Notes: a model not told the origin generated them from the sequence alone. A stretch of 64,000 nucleotides of DNA from an uncultured Gammaproteobacteria bacterium (GCA_964592105.1 CAZQBL010000013.1:17706-81705), one strand, 5' to 3'. Positions 31,084 to 40,886 are shown, numbered from the stretch's first letter. A program made the numbers and translations.

Positions 31084-31455
31084 TTATTTAACGATCACCT
31101 TCCCCTGATACATCCCCATATCACAGGTAAAAGAGATCTCGCCGGTTTGGGCGGGAGTAAATTTCACATCTGTAACACCAAAAGGTTTCAGGTCCTTCCG
31201 GACATTTTGTCCTTCAAACGTGACAAACCGCGAACACGAAGTATCTTCCTGTCGGTTAAAATGTACAACCAGCGGTACGCCGGCTTTGGCCGTAATCACA
31301 TTTGGATCATATGCCCCTTTCACCAGGATAGTGACCTCCTGCTTGCCGCCTTGTTCCATAGCCTGTTCCTGCTTGCGCTGAAACCGGAGCCAAAGGAAGA
31401 ACAATCCGACGATAATTGCGATAAGTACAATACCGACAATTTGAATTATTTGCAT
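31084..31455 (-). CDS. Membrane-anchored cupredoxin-domain protein (CupA-like)
   Basis: N-terminal TM, GAYDP, SCSR, FTCDMGM. Confidence 0.9.
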   Translation of the reverse strand: MQIIQIVGIVLIAIIVGLFFLWLRFQRKQEQAMEQGGKQEVTILVKGAYDPNVITAKAGVPLVVHFNRQEDTSCSRFVTFEGQNVRKDLKPFGVTDVKFTPAQTGEISFTCDMGMYQGKVIVK

Positions 31456-31466
31456 ACGATTATTAA

Positions 31467-31682
31467 TTAAGAAATTGGTAATTCAACCGAATATGACCCC
31501 GCTCTCTCAATTTCCTCCTTTAGTCGCTGCCAGTCAAGATGCTCATCATGTTCAATGACCGTCTGACCCGAATGATAGTCAACACTGCACGACTGTATTT
31601 CCGGAAAATCACGACAGACGTCCTCAAGTAAGGCTTTGCATGACGGACAATGAGTTCCTCCAATGGTTATGGTTGTTTTCAT
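31467..31682 (-). CDS. Heavy-metal-associated (CopZ-like) chaperone
   Basis: GTHCPSC in a 71-aa HMA-size protein. Confidence 0.88.
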   Translation of the reverse strand: MKTTITIGGTHCPSCKALLEDVCRDFPEIQSCSVDYHSGQTVIEHDEHLDWQRLKEEIERAGSYSVELPIS

Positions 31683-31685
31683 AAA

Positions 31686-33185
31686 TTAATCGGTTAAACA
31701 CATAGCCGTGGCCGGATCGCACTCGCTTAAATCCTGCGGTCCGGCGGCGGTGTTAGTATTAGCTGTCTTGTCTACGTCAATACCAGATTCCACCACGGTG
31801 AAGGCGGCGCCAGGCGTAGTCATACCCATAGTACAACTGAAGTTAAGAGTACCGGTTTTGGTGGGGGTAAATTTGATTGTTTTAATGCCCTGACGAGGCA
31901 GCATTTCGGTGATGCCCATTTCAGGCATGGTAATAACTCTAGCACAACCAGCCGCCTGGCTGGCGTCAATTTGCCACTCCACTGTAATCCCTTTCTTCAC
32001 CGTAAAACGGGACGGATAATAGTCGTACCCTTTGACCATCATCTTAACCACCTGCACCCCGTTCGCCTCCTCTGAACTGCCAAGCGCGCCACTACTCTGT
32101 TCAACTGTACTAGTTCGGGACGACCCAGTACCGACTACCGTAATGCCGGCCATAGCAAAACCCCGGCTGATGTTAAAAATACCTACCAGAATCACCACTA
32201 CTCCTGCAAACTGGAAAAAGCGTTTTTGCCAGGCTGCTTTCAAAAAACTGGATACCGCACTAACAGAAAGCAAGGCTGGTAGTGTTCCAAGGGAGAAAAT
32301 CAACATGGTCAGTGCGCCGGTCACCATATCGCCCTTGCTCAAAACATAGAGCTGCAATGCCTGGGTAAACCCGCACGGCAGAAAAAAAGTCAGTGCTCCG
32401 AACAAAAAGGGGGCTATTTTTCCACGGCTGTGACCACCGGCATCATAAATCTTATGAGCGATAAATTTCGGCATCCGGGGCTGGAAACGTGATAGCCAGG
32501 GAAAAACATTCAACAACTGTAAGCCCAAAATAACCATTACCGCGCTGATGACAATGGTTACAATGCCGTTGACCGTCGCGGATAAACTAAGCACCGAACC
32601 CAGTAGCCCAACCGCTCCGCCTAAAACCATATAAGACACAATTCGTCCAGCGTTAAAATACAGATGGACCCGGAACCGTTGCTTACCAGTCAATTCTGGG
32701 TGTTGCTCATTATACCTGGCCGCCACTGCTAATAACAATCCGCCAGTAACCGCCATACAGGTGGAGACGGCGGCTACTAAACCAATCATTAGTACCACGC
32801 CGTAACTCATGTTTTCCGAAACGCCAATATCCGGGAGAATCTGCAACCGACGCAAAATTAAATAAACAGCTACCACAATCAGGGAAATTGCCCCAATTTG
32901 AAAATAGTCTTTTCTTGAATGCTTGACCAAGGCTTCGCCGGAAATAGTATATCCGTGGGTCTGAATCAGACTTTCCAATTCATGAATTTCGGGTCGTCGC
33001 GAGCAAACCAATTCCGCTTTACCCGACGCGTAATTGACTTTTACTTTTTCCACGCCCGGTACCAACCTGAACTGCCGCTCAATCAACACTTCACAGGCGG
33101 CACAATGCATCCCTTTTATTTTTAATTCTATTTTTTGGAAATTATTTGATGACATAATAAAAAACCTAACATTATTAAAATCCAT
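31686..33185 (-). CDS. HMA + DsbD_2/TauE-like membrane domain + cupredoxin fusion protein
   Basis: GMHCAAC; TCMAVTGG, FNAGRIVSY, LPCG; GC..FSCTMGM; start may be 33155 (MSSNN). Confidence 0.9.
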   Translation of the reverse strand: MDFNNVRFFIMSSNNFQKIELKIKGMHCAACEVLIERQFRLVPGVEKVKVNYASGKAELVCSRRPEIHELESLIQTHGYTISGEALVKHSRKDYFQIGAISLIVVAVYLILRRLQILPDIGVSENMSYGVVLMIGLVAAVSTCMAVTGGLLLAVAARYNEQHPELTGKQRFRVHLYFNAGRIVSYMVLGGAVGLLGSVLSLSATVNGIVTIVISAVMVILGLQLLNVFPWLSRFQPRMPKFIAHKIYDAGGHSRGKIAPFLFGALTFFLPCGFTQALQLYVLSKGDMVTGALTMLIFSLGTLPALLSVSAVSSFLKAAWQKRFFQFAGVVVILVGIFNISRGFAMAGITVVGTGSSRTSTVEQSSGALGSSEEANGVQVVKMMVKGYDYYPSRFTVKKGITVEWQIDASQAAGCARVITMPEMGITEMLPRQGIKTIKFTPTKTGTLNFSCTMGMTTPGAAFTVVESGIDVDKTANTNTAAGPQDLSECDPATAMCLTD

Positions 33186-33206
33186 CTTAAAAACAGGATA
33201 TTCGTG

Positions 33207-33643
33207 TTAGGCAAAGATGCGCGGCTGAATTACGCCCCGAGCCAGAGCCGCAAGCAAAAAATTGAACAACTTACTTTCCGATTCCCTATTTTTTCATTAC
33301 GCCAGTGCTGCCACGGTGGTGAATAGCCGGCCATAACCTTCTTCACTCCCAGAATTATTGAAACGACCAGTAAAGTCAGAACCAAGAAGACAAGCGGCTC
33401 TTGGTTCAAAATTGCCGCGGAAAAACTCTGCCAAAAAGCCAAATGACCACTCACCCCCATGGGACAGAGCGTGGCACCGCGTTGCCTGAACGGACAATCG
33501 GCCATCAGGTCGTCGGTGCTTATAGTCATGCTTACCAGTAACACAAAAACGCCAGTACCGAAAAAACCGAGCAGACATACTAACGCTGTCAGCGCAAATA
33601 ATTTATTCAGTTGTGATATATGTAAAAATGATAGAAATGGCAT
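33207..33643 (-). CDS. Cys/His-motif membrane leader ORF upstream of copper operon, with apparent -1 frameshift near the 3' end
   Basis: TM-CPF-x7-CPM-x4-H-TM; frame 0 stops at 33230; the -1 frame after the A6 run reads KNRESESKLFNFLLAALARGVIQPRIFA* to 33207. Confidence 0.6.
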
Positions 33644-33730
33644 GATAATGGATATTATATAAGTATATCACAACCGTTATCCCTGCCAAGACGGGCATTT
33701 GCTGTCAACAAATCCTTCACAAAAACGCGC

Positions 33731-33856
33731 CTACTTGCTAACCTTCCAGCGCAAATACTCGGCCATGGTCATTTTTTTCGCCCGAGCTTTTTTGGTAATT
33801 ATCTTCTTGTCCCGAGGGGTCAGGCGTAATGTAAATTTGATAAAATACTTTCCCAT
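33731..33856 (-). CDS. Small ribbon-helix-helix-like DNA-binding protein (41 aa)
   Basis: MGKYFIKFTLRLTPRDKKIITKKARAKKMTMAEYLRWKVSK: beta strand, LRL, helix, T.AEYLR pattern. Confidence 0.65.
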   Translation of the reverse strand: MGKYFIKFTLRLTPRDKKIITKKARAKKMTMAEYLRWKVSK

Positions 33857-33924
33857 TTTTTTAAATTAAATTAATTGCAATAATCGTTTATGACCGACAA
33901 TAATTTCGAAGAATTTTTATTGTA

Positions 33925-34260
33925 TCACTGATCTAATTCTTCCATATCCGCGGATCTACGGCAATTTTCTTGAAACAAACCATTCACTTCTCCCTGGGTC
34001 ATTGTCTCAACAATGGAACTCTGAATTTGGCTATCGGGTTCATACAGCCCAGCCAGTGGCTCTTCCGTCGGCACCAGTTTTTCGGCATAAGCCCCTAGCA
34101 CGCGCGGTTGGCGACCAGACACCTGTACCGTCTGGGGCTGGACCTGGATGGCGCCCAGATACGTCCAGGAAAAAACACCGGCCCCTAGGCCGACTACAAC
34201 GATTAAAATCAGATATAATATTACCTGAAAATTTGGTTTGTCCATACTCTTATCTATCAT
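33925..34260 (-). CDS. Hypothetical membrane-anchored protein
   Basis: Single TM, RVLGA motif frequent in CPR proteins. Confidence 0.65.
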   Translation of the reverse strand: MIDKSMDKPNFQVILYLILIVVVGLGAGVFSWTYLGAIQVQPQTVQVSGRQPRVLGAYAEKLVPTEEPLAGLYEPDSQIQSSIVETMTQGEVNGLFQENCRRSADMEELDQ

Positions 34261-34317
34261 ACTCTACTCAATTATTCAAAAATGTCAAGTCTGTTGACTA
34301 ATAACTTAGGGCTGCGC

Positions 34318-34449
34318 TTAGCTCTGGAATATGGTCAGAAAAATCCAACATAAAAGCATGGCGATAATAATTACCAGGAATATTTTTAGCTTTGCCGGAG
34401 AAACGTGGTGAGGCTTCTCTGGTCCCGAAGAAAAAATTTTTAAGGCCAT
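34318..34449 (-). CDS. Small membrane protein (43 aa)
   Basis: MALKIFSSGPEKPHHVSPAKLKIFLVIIIAMLLCWIFLTIFQS*. Confidence 0.45.
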   Translation of the reverse strand: MALKIFSSGPEKPHHVSPAKLKIFLVIIIAMLLCWIFLTIFQS

Positions 34450-34468
34450 TTCAATAAATTTTTAAAAC

Positions 34469-34821
34469 TCAATGTAATGTATTTTTAAGATTGCCTTTAG
34501 CTTTAGCCATTGAGTATTTCTACTCATTTGTCCTTCATCTTCTTGGCTTCTTGGCGAAAGCCTAATCCAAATCCACTCTCGAGATGTTCCCCAGCGACAG
34601 CAAGCCAAACAAAACACCAGCCATCTCATCGCTGATTTCCTCCTTGTGGGTGGCGACGTATTCTTTCAACTCATCACCTTTTTTCCACTGGAAATATTCG
34701 ACTATTTCACTGGCTTCAACAATGATATCAATGGCGTCATCTTTTGGCTCGCGACCCTTGTCCCATTCGCGATCAGACTAAATTTCGCTACTTGTTCAGT
34801 TAATTCTTTTAGTTCGTTCAT
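34469..34821 (-). pseudogene. MazG-like / dCTP pyrophosphatase (DCTPP1-type) pseudogene
   Basis: MNELKELTEQVAKF-(frameshift)-DREWDK..PKD.AI.I.VEASEIVEYFQW...EEISDEMA, then in-frame stops, then KYSMAKAKG. Confidence 0.8.
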
Positions 34822-34848
34822 ATTTTCTTTTCTAAACACAATTATTAA

Positions 34849-35460
34849 TTACTGAAGCTGGCCCGCCAACTCACGGGTGATAAAATCTTTCAATTTTCTG
34901 AAAGCCAGGCCGCGGTGGCTTAAACTGTTTTTTTCCTCACTGGACATTTCCGCAAATGTCTTATTATGGCCATCGGGGATAAATATCACGTCATAAGGCA
35001 TTAGCGGTCTGACCGGACCATGAGGTTCGGTGGTCAAAAAACCATTTATAGTTCCTGAAAAAATCCAGTACTGCCCTTCCGGCGACACCAAGGCCACCGT
35101 ACAAACGAACTTAGCTTGGCGTTTTTCGGGCGGCAGACCCTCGGTCTTGGCCAAAACTTTTTCGACCAATTGCATACCGCCGGATCCCGCACCCGCATAG
35201 CGCGCCGAATAAACTCCCGGCTCGCCGTTTAAAGCCTCCACGCATAAACCAGAATCATCGGCCACGGCCCATTGCCCGGATCTCTCCGAAACAAACCTAG
35301 CTTTTTTCAAAGCATTAGCCTCAAAGGTTTCCCCATCCTCTTCAACATCATCACTCACGCCCGCCTCATCCGCGCTGACTATATCCAGCGATAAACCACT
35401 TAATATCTGGCGCATTTCTATAATTTTCCCCGAATTATGAGTGGCAAAGACCAATTTCAT
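34849..35460 (-). CDS. rdgB: Non-canonical purine NTP pyrophosphatase (RdgB/HAM1)
   Basis: ATHNSGK, TFEANALKKA, ADDSGL, PGVYSARYA, EEKNSLSHRG. Confidence 0.96.
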   Translation of the reverse strand: MKLVFATHNSGKIIEMRQILSGLSLDIVSADEAGVSDDVEEDGETFEANALKKARFVSERSGQWAVADDSGLCVEALNGEPGVYSARYAGAGSGGMQLVEKVLAKTEGLPPEKRQAKFVCTVALVSPEGQYWIFSGTINGFLTTEPHGPVRPLMPYDVIFIPDGHNKTFAEMSSEEKNSLSHRGLAFRKLKDFITRELAGQLQ

Positions 35461-36017
35461 ATTTTATTTTTTCCAGCCAAGGACACTGCCCTGGTTATTA
35501 GTTTATGAAGTTGTTGAAAAGTCTTGGAATCGACCAGTGATCCATCTGGATTAAAAGCTTTGTCGGCAAAACGGACTGTCACTTGGGGCTGGGGCACTAC
35601 TATGACATTCAGAGAAGCCAAAATCTGACGCAGTTGCGGTTGCATGCGGGCAGTACCGTAGGGACCATCGGAGGCCCCACAAATTACTGCCACTTTACCA
35701 GCAAACGAATTGTCACTCCGCGACGCCCAGTCTATAGCGTTTTTTAGCACACCGGAAACTGAATGGTTGTACTCCGGCGAAGCAATCAGCAGAAGATCGG
35801 CATCAGCAATTAATGATTTAAGCTTTATAACCGGCTCGGGTAAGATCGGTCGCTCAAGGTCTTCATTATATAAAGGCAAAACCAATTCTCTCAAATCGGC
35901 TTCATTAACCCGAGCATCTAAGTCTTCCGCTATTTTTCGTGCTACGCTCAAAAGCCGGCGATTATACGAATTCCGCCGTAAACTGCCGCAGATCGCCAAT
36001 ACTTTTAGATGTTCCAT
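35457..36017 (-). CDS. NAD(P)H-dependent FMN reductase
   Basis: GSLRRNSYN, SPEYNHSVSGVLKNAIDW. Confidence 0.93.
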   Translation of the reverse strand: MEHLKVLAICGSLRRNSYNRRLLSVARKIAEDLDARVNEADLRELVLPLYNEDLERPILPEPVIKLKSLIADADLLLIASPEYNHSVSGVLKNAIDWASRSDNSFAGKVAVICGASDGPYGTARMQPQLRQILASLNVIVVPQPQVTVRFADKAFNPDGSLVDSKTFQQLHKLITRAVSLAGKNKI

Positions 36018-36029
36018 GGTTCTAGCAAA

Positions 36030-36470
36030 TTATTTTATTTCATGCAGATTAAAATTAACTACTTCGTCTTTTTCGTTAAAGAGAAAAATGCCGAAAAATT
36101 ATTTAGGCTGCCAAAGGAACGGCAACTCATACCTGCCACTTGACCAAGTCTCCGCATCGGGAGGGCGTCAACCTCAAACCACCTAAGCCTCATTTCTTCA
36201 GATTAATCGGGCTGACCGATAAATTCCGGATATATTCACTCAAACACGTCTGAATTATTTTGAAAACGGAAACTGACGAAGCCATGCTTCGTCACCCGAC
36301 TAACCGCAATACTCGCCTCTTCCATCATCACTACCCACCCGATCGCAATTTCCCAGATTTCCCCGGGCTTAACCTTACCCCCGAAGCCGCTCCAGTGGAC
36401 CGCGCTTTTTCAAACTAAGCATGATCCGTAGGAGCTGATAAACATAACAAAGGGTAAGTAAGGCCCTCAT
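36030..36470 (-). pseudogene. MTH1-like 8-oxo-dGTP NUDIX hydrolase pseudogene
   Basis: MRALLTLCYVYQLLRIMLSLKKRG-(frameshift)-HWSGFGGKVKPGE...EEASI...SEE, WF, ...FFGIFLF..NLHEIK*, with several stops and frameshifts. Confidence 0.8.
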
Positions 36471-36649
36471 GACACACGTATCCACGTATCAATTATACTA
36501 TACTGCGATATCAGCCGGCTCCATCGAATTTCAATGGCCCGGGTATTGCCAAAATGTTTCTGTAGATTTTACTTCAATAGCTGGCATAGTTGAATCATTA
36601 TAACACTTTTCTGGCTGGCGGACAACTAGATACCTTGATAGTCAAACAG

Positions 36650-36973
36650 TCAGCCACCAGATGCCCAAATAAACTTCGCGTCCTCACCGCTCAAACCGGC
36701 GTCCAACCAGCCGAATTTATTGCTCGTATCGATTCTGGTTAGCGACCATTCATCCGAATCAAAATTAGTAATAATACCTGAAGATTTGCTGCAATTCGCA
36801 TTAGTACCGCATGACTCTGTTAACTTAGCGCTGAGGGGATTTTCATACTCGACCCACTGGCCATTATCGCAGATCCCGTTGTCCTTCGTCGTTAAAACTC
36901 TCAAAAATAACAACAGCCAGCCGCAACAATAATGGCCGCTTCCCAAAATAATATCGCTTTTTCTTTTTTCCAC
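36650..36973 (-). CDS. Hypothetical protein, possibly degraded secreted protein
   Basis: ICDNGQWV.Y.NP motif reminiscent of a small CPR extracellular module; N-terminal hydrophobic region looks disrupted. Confidence 0.4.
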   Translation of the reverse strand: MEKRKSDIILGSGHYCCGWLLLFLRVLTTKDNGICDNGQWVEYENPLSAKLTESCGTNANCSKSSGIITNFDSDEWSLTRIDTSNKFGWLDAGLSGEDAKFIWASGG

Positions 36974-37083
36974 GCTTAATTATCTAATGTTTTCATTTTA
37001 GCGCAAGTCTTACGCCAGGACTTGTGCGCAAAATAAATAAAAGAAGGCTCGTGCAAGACGAGCCATTTTTATGTTTTTTATAA

Positions 37084-37389
37084 TTATTCCCAGGGCCAGG
37101 GTCGCTTCGGAATTTTTATGGAAAATAATGAGCTTTCGAGACGCTGATAACCTAGCGCAATTTCCAAAAAATTCTCCCGATCAACGGTCTTGGGCGCGAA
37201 ACAAACTCGGTTTGAATAATCGACAGCCACCAGAAGCCCGTCCACGGAAAAATAACAGTTGCTAAACTGCGCCGGGGCAGTATTAGCACCAGGCAAAGGC
37301 CAAAACTTTCGCCCAACACCCCAAGTATCTCTGGTGATGTCCCACTGACTTTTTTGCAAAATCCGCGCTGGTTCAAAGCCAAAAGCCAT
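37084..37389 (-). CDS. Hypothetical protein
   Basis: GGAGG SD upstream; hairpin (GGCTCGT/ACGAGCC) downstream. Confidence 0.6.
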   Translation of the reverse strand: MAFGFEPARILQKSQWDITRDTWGVGRKFWPLPGANTAPAQFSNCYFSVDGLLVAVDYSNRVCFAPKTVDRENFLEIALGYQRLESSLFSIKIPKRPWPWE

Positions 37390-37503
37390 TTTACCTCCAT
37401 TTTTTGACTTGGTATAAAAAAATGAGCTACTTAAAATAACTTAATGCTTTAAGAAAAAAAGTCAAGACAAACAGCCGTTTGATCCTGTCAAATTAATAAA
37501 TTA

Positions 37504-37779
37504 TTACTTTTTATTATCGGTCTTGTCTGCAAACTTCATTAAAGACATGCTGATCCACACCACTACCACCGTAATAATAATAGCGTAAATAAACTTGGCC
37601 CAAATACTGTTCTTGTCTAAAGGGAAGACAAGGTCAATCAAGTGCCTAATCGCCTCGTTCCAGGCCAGACCGGCCACCAAGCCCAAAGCGCCAATAATAT
37701 AGCCGAGCATCCTGGAGCGGATCTCCCGTCGTAAACTCTTTTTTTCCTCAATCTCTTTCTCACGGTTTTGATTGGCCAT
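37504..37779 (-). CDS. Small two-TM protein (DUF5654-like)
   Basis: GALGLVAGLAWNEAI...FIYAIIIT. Confidence 0.85.
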   Translation of the reverse strand: MANQNREKEIEEKKSLRREIRSRMLGYIIGALGLVAGLAWNEAIRHLIDLVFPLDKNSIWAKFIYAIIITVVVVWISMSLMKFADKTDNKK

Positions 37780-37918
37780 ATTAATTTTTTAAATTCTTTT
37801 CATTAACAATTATACACCAGTTTTCTTACCAAACCAAGGCTTGACATAGATGTGGATAATCTGATAAAAATACAAAAAAGAAACGATAAAGTCGCCAGAT
37901 GCTTAAGAAGGAGGGTAA

Positions 37919-38146
37919 ATGAACCAGAAACAGCCCCTTGGTTTTGATGCTTTCGGCCGGCAGTGCATCATCAATATGCTTCTTTCACCCGAAATCATGA
38001 CCCAGAATGAAATTGAGGAAGTCATTAACAAAATGGCTTCGCCAAAATTTGCTGATGCCGAAAAGACTCAACAATTCATAGAACGATTGAATTTGATGGG
38101 AAAAACTCACGCCGCCATTTATGTGGCGAAAATCACGGCCTCATAA
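37919..38146 (+). CDS. Hypothetical protein
   Basis: SD AAGGAG upstream, TTGACA at 37841, terminator downstream. Confidence 0.7.
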   Translation: MNQKQPLGFDAFGRQCIINMLLSPEIMTQNEIEEVINKMASPKFADAEKTQQFIERLNLMGKTHAAIYVAKITAS

Positions 38147-38153
38147 CGCTACA

Positions 38154-38187
38154 GCCGCTCTTTGAAAGAAGAGTGGCAATTTTTTTA
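38154..38187 (+). terminator. Intrinsic terminator
   Basis: GCCGCTCTT/AAGAGTGGC stem followed by T run. Confidence 0.65.
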
Positions 38188-38233
38188 CTAAAAAACGGCC
38201 GTTGTTTTACAACGACCGTTAGACTTGAAAAAA

Positions 38234-39046
38234 CTAATGAGGACTGCTCTCCTTGGAGTCCTCCACTACGTCCGTTTTGGCTTCCACAGACTCACCGGTA
38301 ACTGGTTCGGTCGCCTTGACTTCGGCTGGGGTTGGCGAAAAAAGTTTAGGTAAGTACCCGATAGGCAAACGTGAGCGGTCGCCAAAGTCGCCGACACCGG
38401 GCCTGATAAAACCGTTCTGGTCAAGTTCACGATCGACTATTACCAGGACAAGATTCACCAGTGGGAATTCTTCCTGAACATGAGCCACGCCTTCGGGTGC
38501 TGCGAACATGGAACAAAAATAAATATTATGCTCCGAGGCGCCATTGTCAATCAAATTCTTAATGGCCAAACATGCAGTATTTCCCGTGGCTAGCATCGGA
38601 TCAAGAACAAAAATCACATCATCCGCAGACGGCGCATAATCATCGCCGAGTTGAGCAACCCAACGAACTTCCAATGTAGTCTCATCACGTTTTGGCCAGA
38701 CATAATGGGTTCGGCTACGCGGAAATTCGTTCTCAAAAGGCCAGCGCATGTCATCGCCGGCCTGCAATACCGGAATCAACACCGGATCAGCCGGACGCTG
38801 CTCGCGTATTTCTTCCAATACCCCCTGAAATGAATACTGTTCCGTACCCAAAAATCTCCGGCAGAACTTAGCCATCAAGGTAGCTAAACACCAGGCGGCT
38901 TTGTTGAAATCAGCCTTATCGGTCTGCGCTTCTCGCAACGTATTAACCAACGTCTGCACTTTTTGACTCAATTTAAGACCATGGATTCTTTCCCAATTGA
39001 ATTTGACACCGTGAATCTGTTCGTACATGCACAAATTGACAAACAT
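38234..39046 (-). CDS. upp: Uracil phosphoribosyltransferase
   Basis: KRDETTL, VLDPMLATGNT, AAPEG, GFIRPGVGDFGDR. Confidence 0.9.
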   Translation of the reverse strand: MFVNLCMYEQIHGVKFNWERIHGLKLSQKVQTLVNTLREAQTDKADFNKAAWCLATLMAKFCRRFLGTEQYSFQGVLEEIREQRPADPVLIPVLQAGDDMRWPFENEFPRSRTHYVWPKRDETTLEVRWVAQLGDDYAPSADDVIFVLDPMLATGNTACLAIKNLIDNGASEHNIYFCSMFAAPEGVAHVQEEFPLVNLVLVIVDRELDQNGFIRPGVGDFGDRSRLPIGYLPKLFSPTPAEVKATEPVTGESVEAKTDVVEDSKESSPH

Positions 39047-39469
39047 GTTATTCCCTCCTTAAACAGGCGGTTTTTTATTGTTAAATTACCATTTTATTTT
39101 CACCCCATCTTATCACATCCAAAAAATAATGCAAACAAATATTTTTGGCAATAAAAGTTTGGACAAATTTTTGTAAATGATAAATTTTTTTGATTTGTAA
39201 TGGATCTTCATTAAATACGAAAAACATCCAGAAAAACCCAGAATAAATAAAAAATTTTATAAGAAATAGGCCCGGTTAGGTTGAAAAAATCTTCATTGTC
39301 CATTCGGAACCCACGTCCGCCCAAGTTTTTTGGAAAAAATAAAAAATTCTGAACATCGAAATGTCTTTGTCTCTCAAACGGGTCAGAATTTCGTTCTTTA
39401 ATCTTCGGATAAAACAAATCCAAGTTGCGATTTTCGTAGCTGGGATTTAATTTAAAGATTTGCCGTTTA

Positions 39470-39667
39470 TTATCTAACGAGCTCTACTGTAACCACCGCG
39501 ATTACTTCATTTACTCCGACTACGACAAAAGATCTTTCTGCCTTGTTAATCAATATCTTCAACTCCTGACCTTTTGGTGGCGGGAGTTCCAAATCGACAT
39601 AGTCAAGCGTCGTATCCCCGTGAAGGGGATGAATCAAGCGAACGCGCCATTCTAATTTTTCTGCCAT
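39470..39667 (-). CDS. Small hypothetical protein
   Basis: AAGGAGG SD; 65-aa ORF with beta-rich pattern. Confidence 0.65.
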   Translation of the reverse strand: MAEKLEWRVRLIHPLHGDTTLDYVDLELPPPKGQELKILINKAERSFVVVGVNEVIAVVTVELVR

Positions 39668-39798
39668 TACGGCCCTCCTTGAAATTTAAAACTACCGATA
39701 ATGAACTTTTTTGTATTCGTCAGAATACAACAAACCAACTTGACTAGTCAGCAAAAAACGTCCAGCGCGTCAAAAAGACCGGCAAAATTTCCCTTAGT

Positions 39799-40497
39799 TT
39801 ACCGAAGTCTTAAATAATGGCTTCTCCTGGCCGGGCCGAACTTCTCAATGGCGTATCGCAACATCGTGCGCGGCATTTTCCTGGCGTATCTATCCAAAAA
39901 TTTTACTTCCAAATTTTGATCGCGTTTGCCAGCTTCGCGCAACATCCAGCCCACGGCTTTGTGCATCAGGTCGTCTTGGTCATTTAACAATATCTCGGCC
40001 AATTTATAAGTATCGCTAAATTCATTATTTCTGATAAAAGCCAAAGTGGCCAAAATAGAAATGCGTCTGTCCCACAGTAATTTTGATTTGGCCAGTTTGT
40101 ACAGAATCTGACGCGGTTTATTCAATAAATAGTTTCCCACAATGTTCGGGGCAGACAGGTCAACCAAATCCCAATTATTGATATTCCGAGTATTGCTCAG
40201 ATACAAATCAAAAATCTTTTGCTTAACCCGAAGATCGCCCTTCTCATACTGTTTGACCAAAATTAACAGGGCCACCAGGCGATGCTCGTGTATTTTACTT
40301 CTTAAAAGCTGCTGAATTTCTGAAAATGTCAGATCCAGATATTTTTTAGCCACCGATCTCTGGACTGGAACTTTTATACCCAGAAAAATATCGCCCTCGC
40401 CGTATTCACCCGGACCGGTTTTGAAAAACCGCTGGAGAATTTTGGCTTGCTGGGGGTTGGCTAAACCTCGAAGTTCTTTTTTAAGTTTAAAAAGCAT
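39799..40497 (-). CDS. DNA alkylation repair protein (AlkD-like HEAT repeat)
   Basis: FFKTGPGEYGEGD.FLGI.VP, NNWDLVD, HKAVGWMLRE.GKRD, MPRTMLRYAIE. Confidence 0.93.
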   Translation of the reverse strand: MLFKLKKELRGLANPQQAKILQRFFKTGPGEYGEGDIFLGIKVPVQRSVAKKYLDLTFSEIQQLLRSKIHEHRLVALLILVKQYEKGDLRVKQKIFDLYLSNTRNINNWDLVDLSAPNIVGNYLLNKPRQILYKLAKSKLLWDRRISILATLAFIRNNEFSDTYKLAEILLNDQDDLMHKAVGWMLREAGKRDQNLEVKFLDRYARKMPRTMLRYAIEKFGPARRSHYLRLR

Positions 40498-40576
40498 AAT
40501 TTATTTAATGCATCTAATACTCTTACTAATTTCGTTTTTGCTTTATTTACCTTTTTCACATATAATGAAAATCTAT

Positions 40577-40653
40577 CGGGGTATGGCGCAGTTGGCTAGC
40601 GCGCATGCATGGGGTGCATGAGGCCGTGGGTTCAAGTCCCACTACCCCGACCA
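40577..40653 (+). tRNA. tRNA-Pro (GGG)
   Basis: Acceptor CGGGGTA/TACCCCG, D arm GCGC/GCGC, anticodon stem CATGC/GCATG with loop ATGGGGT, T loop TTCAAGT, encoded CCA. Confidence 0.97.
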
Positions 40654-40722
40654 AGTTAGACTTTTTTGAAATTCAGAGGCGATTGGTTGCTCGCTCGCCG
40701 CGCCTTTGGCGCGGAAAGCAGA

Positions 40723-40752
40723 CGGGCAAAAATTCCTTCCCCCCAACCCCCT
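40723..40752 (+). repeat. Left sub-terminal inverted repeat of island
   Basis: CGGGCAAAAATTCCTTCC (18/18 match) extending to 27/30 with the reverse complement of 48020-48049. Confidence 0.85.
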
Positions 40753-40886
40753 CTTTCCGCCACGTCCTCGCTTTGAATGCCGTCGGAATTTGTATTTTGT
40801 TTCGCAAAATGCGTCGCAAGAAAAAGAAGTATTGCCCTTGCCCCAGCCCACCCGTGCGCGGGCGACAACAAGAAACTTCCTATTTG

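Noticed and set aside
37152-37400. Alternative-frame 82-aa ORF
   Set aside because: Overlaps 37084-37389, which has the correctly spaced SD
39211-39423. 70-aa minus-strand ORF
   Set aside because: TTG start, no SD, low-complexity AT-rich composition; unsupported
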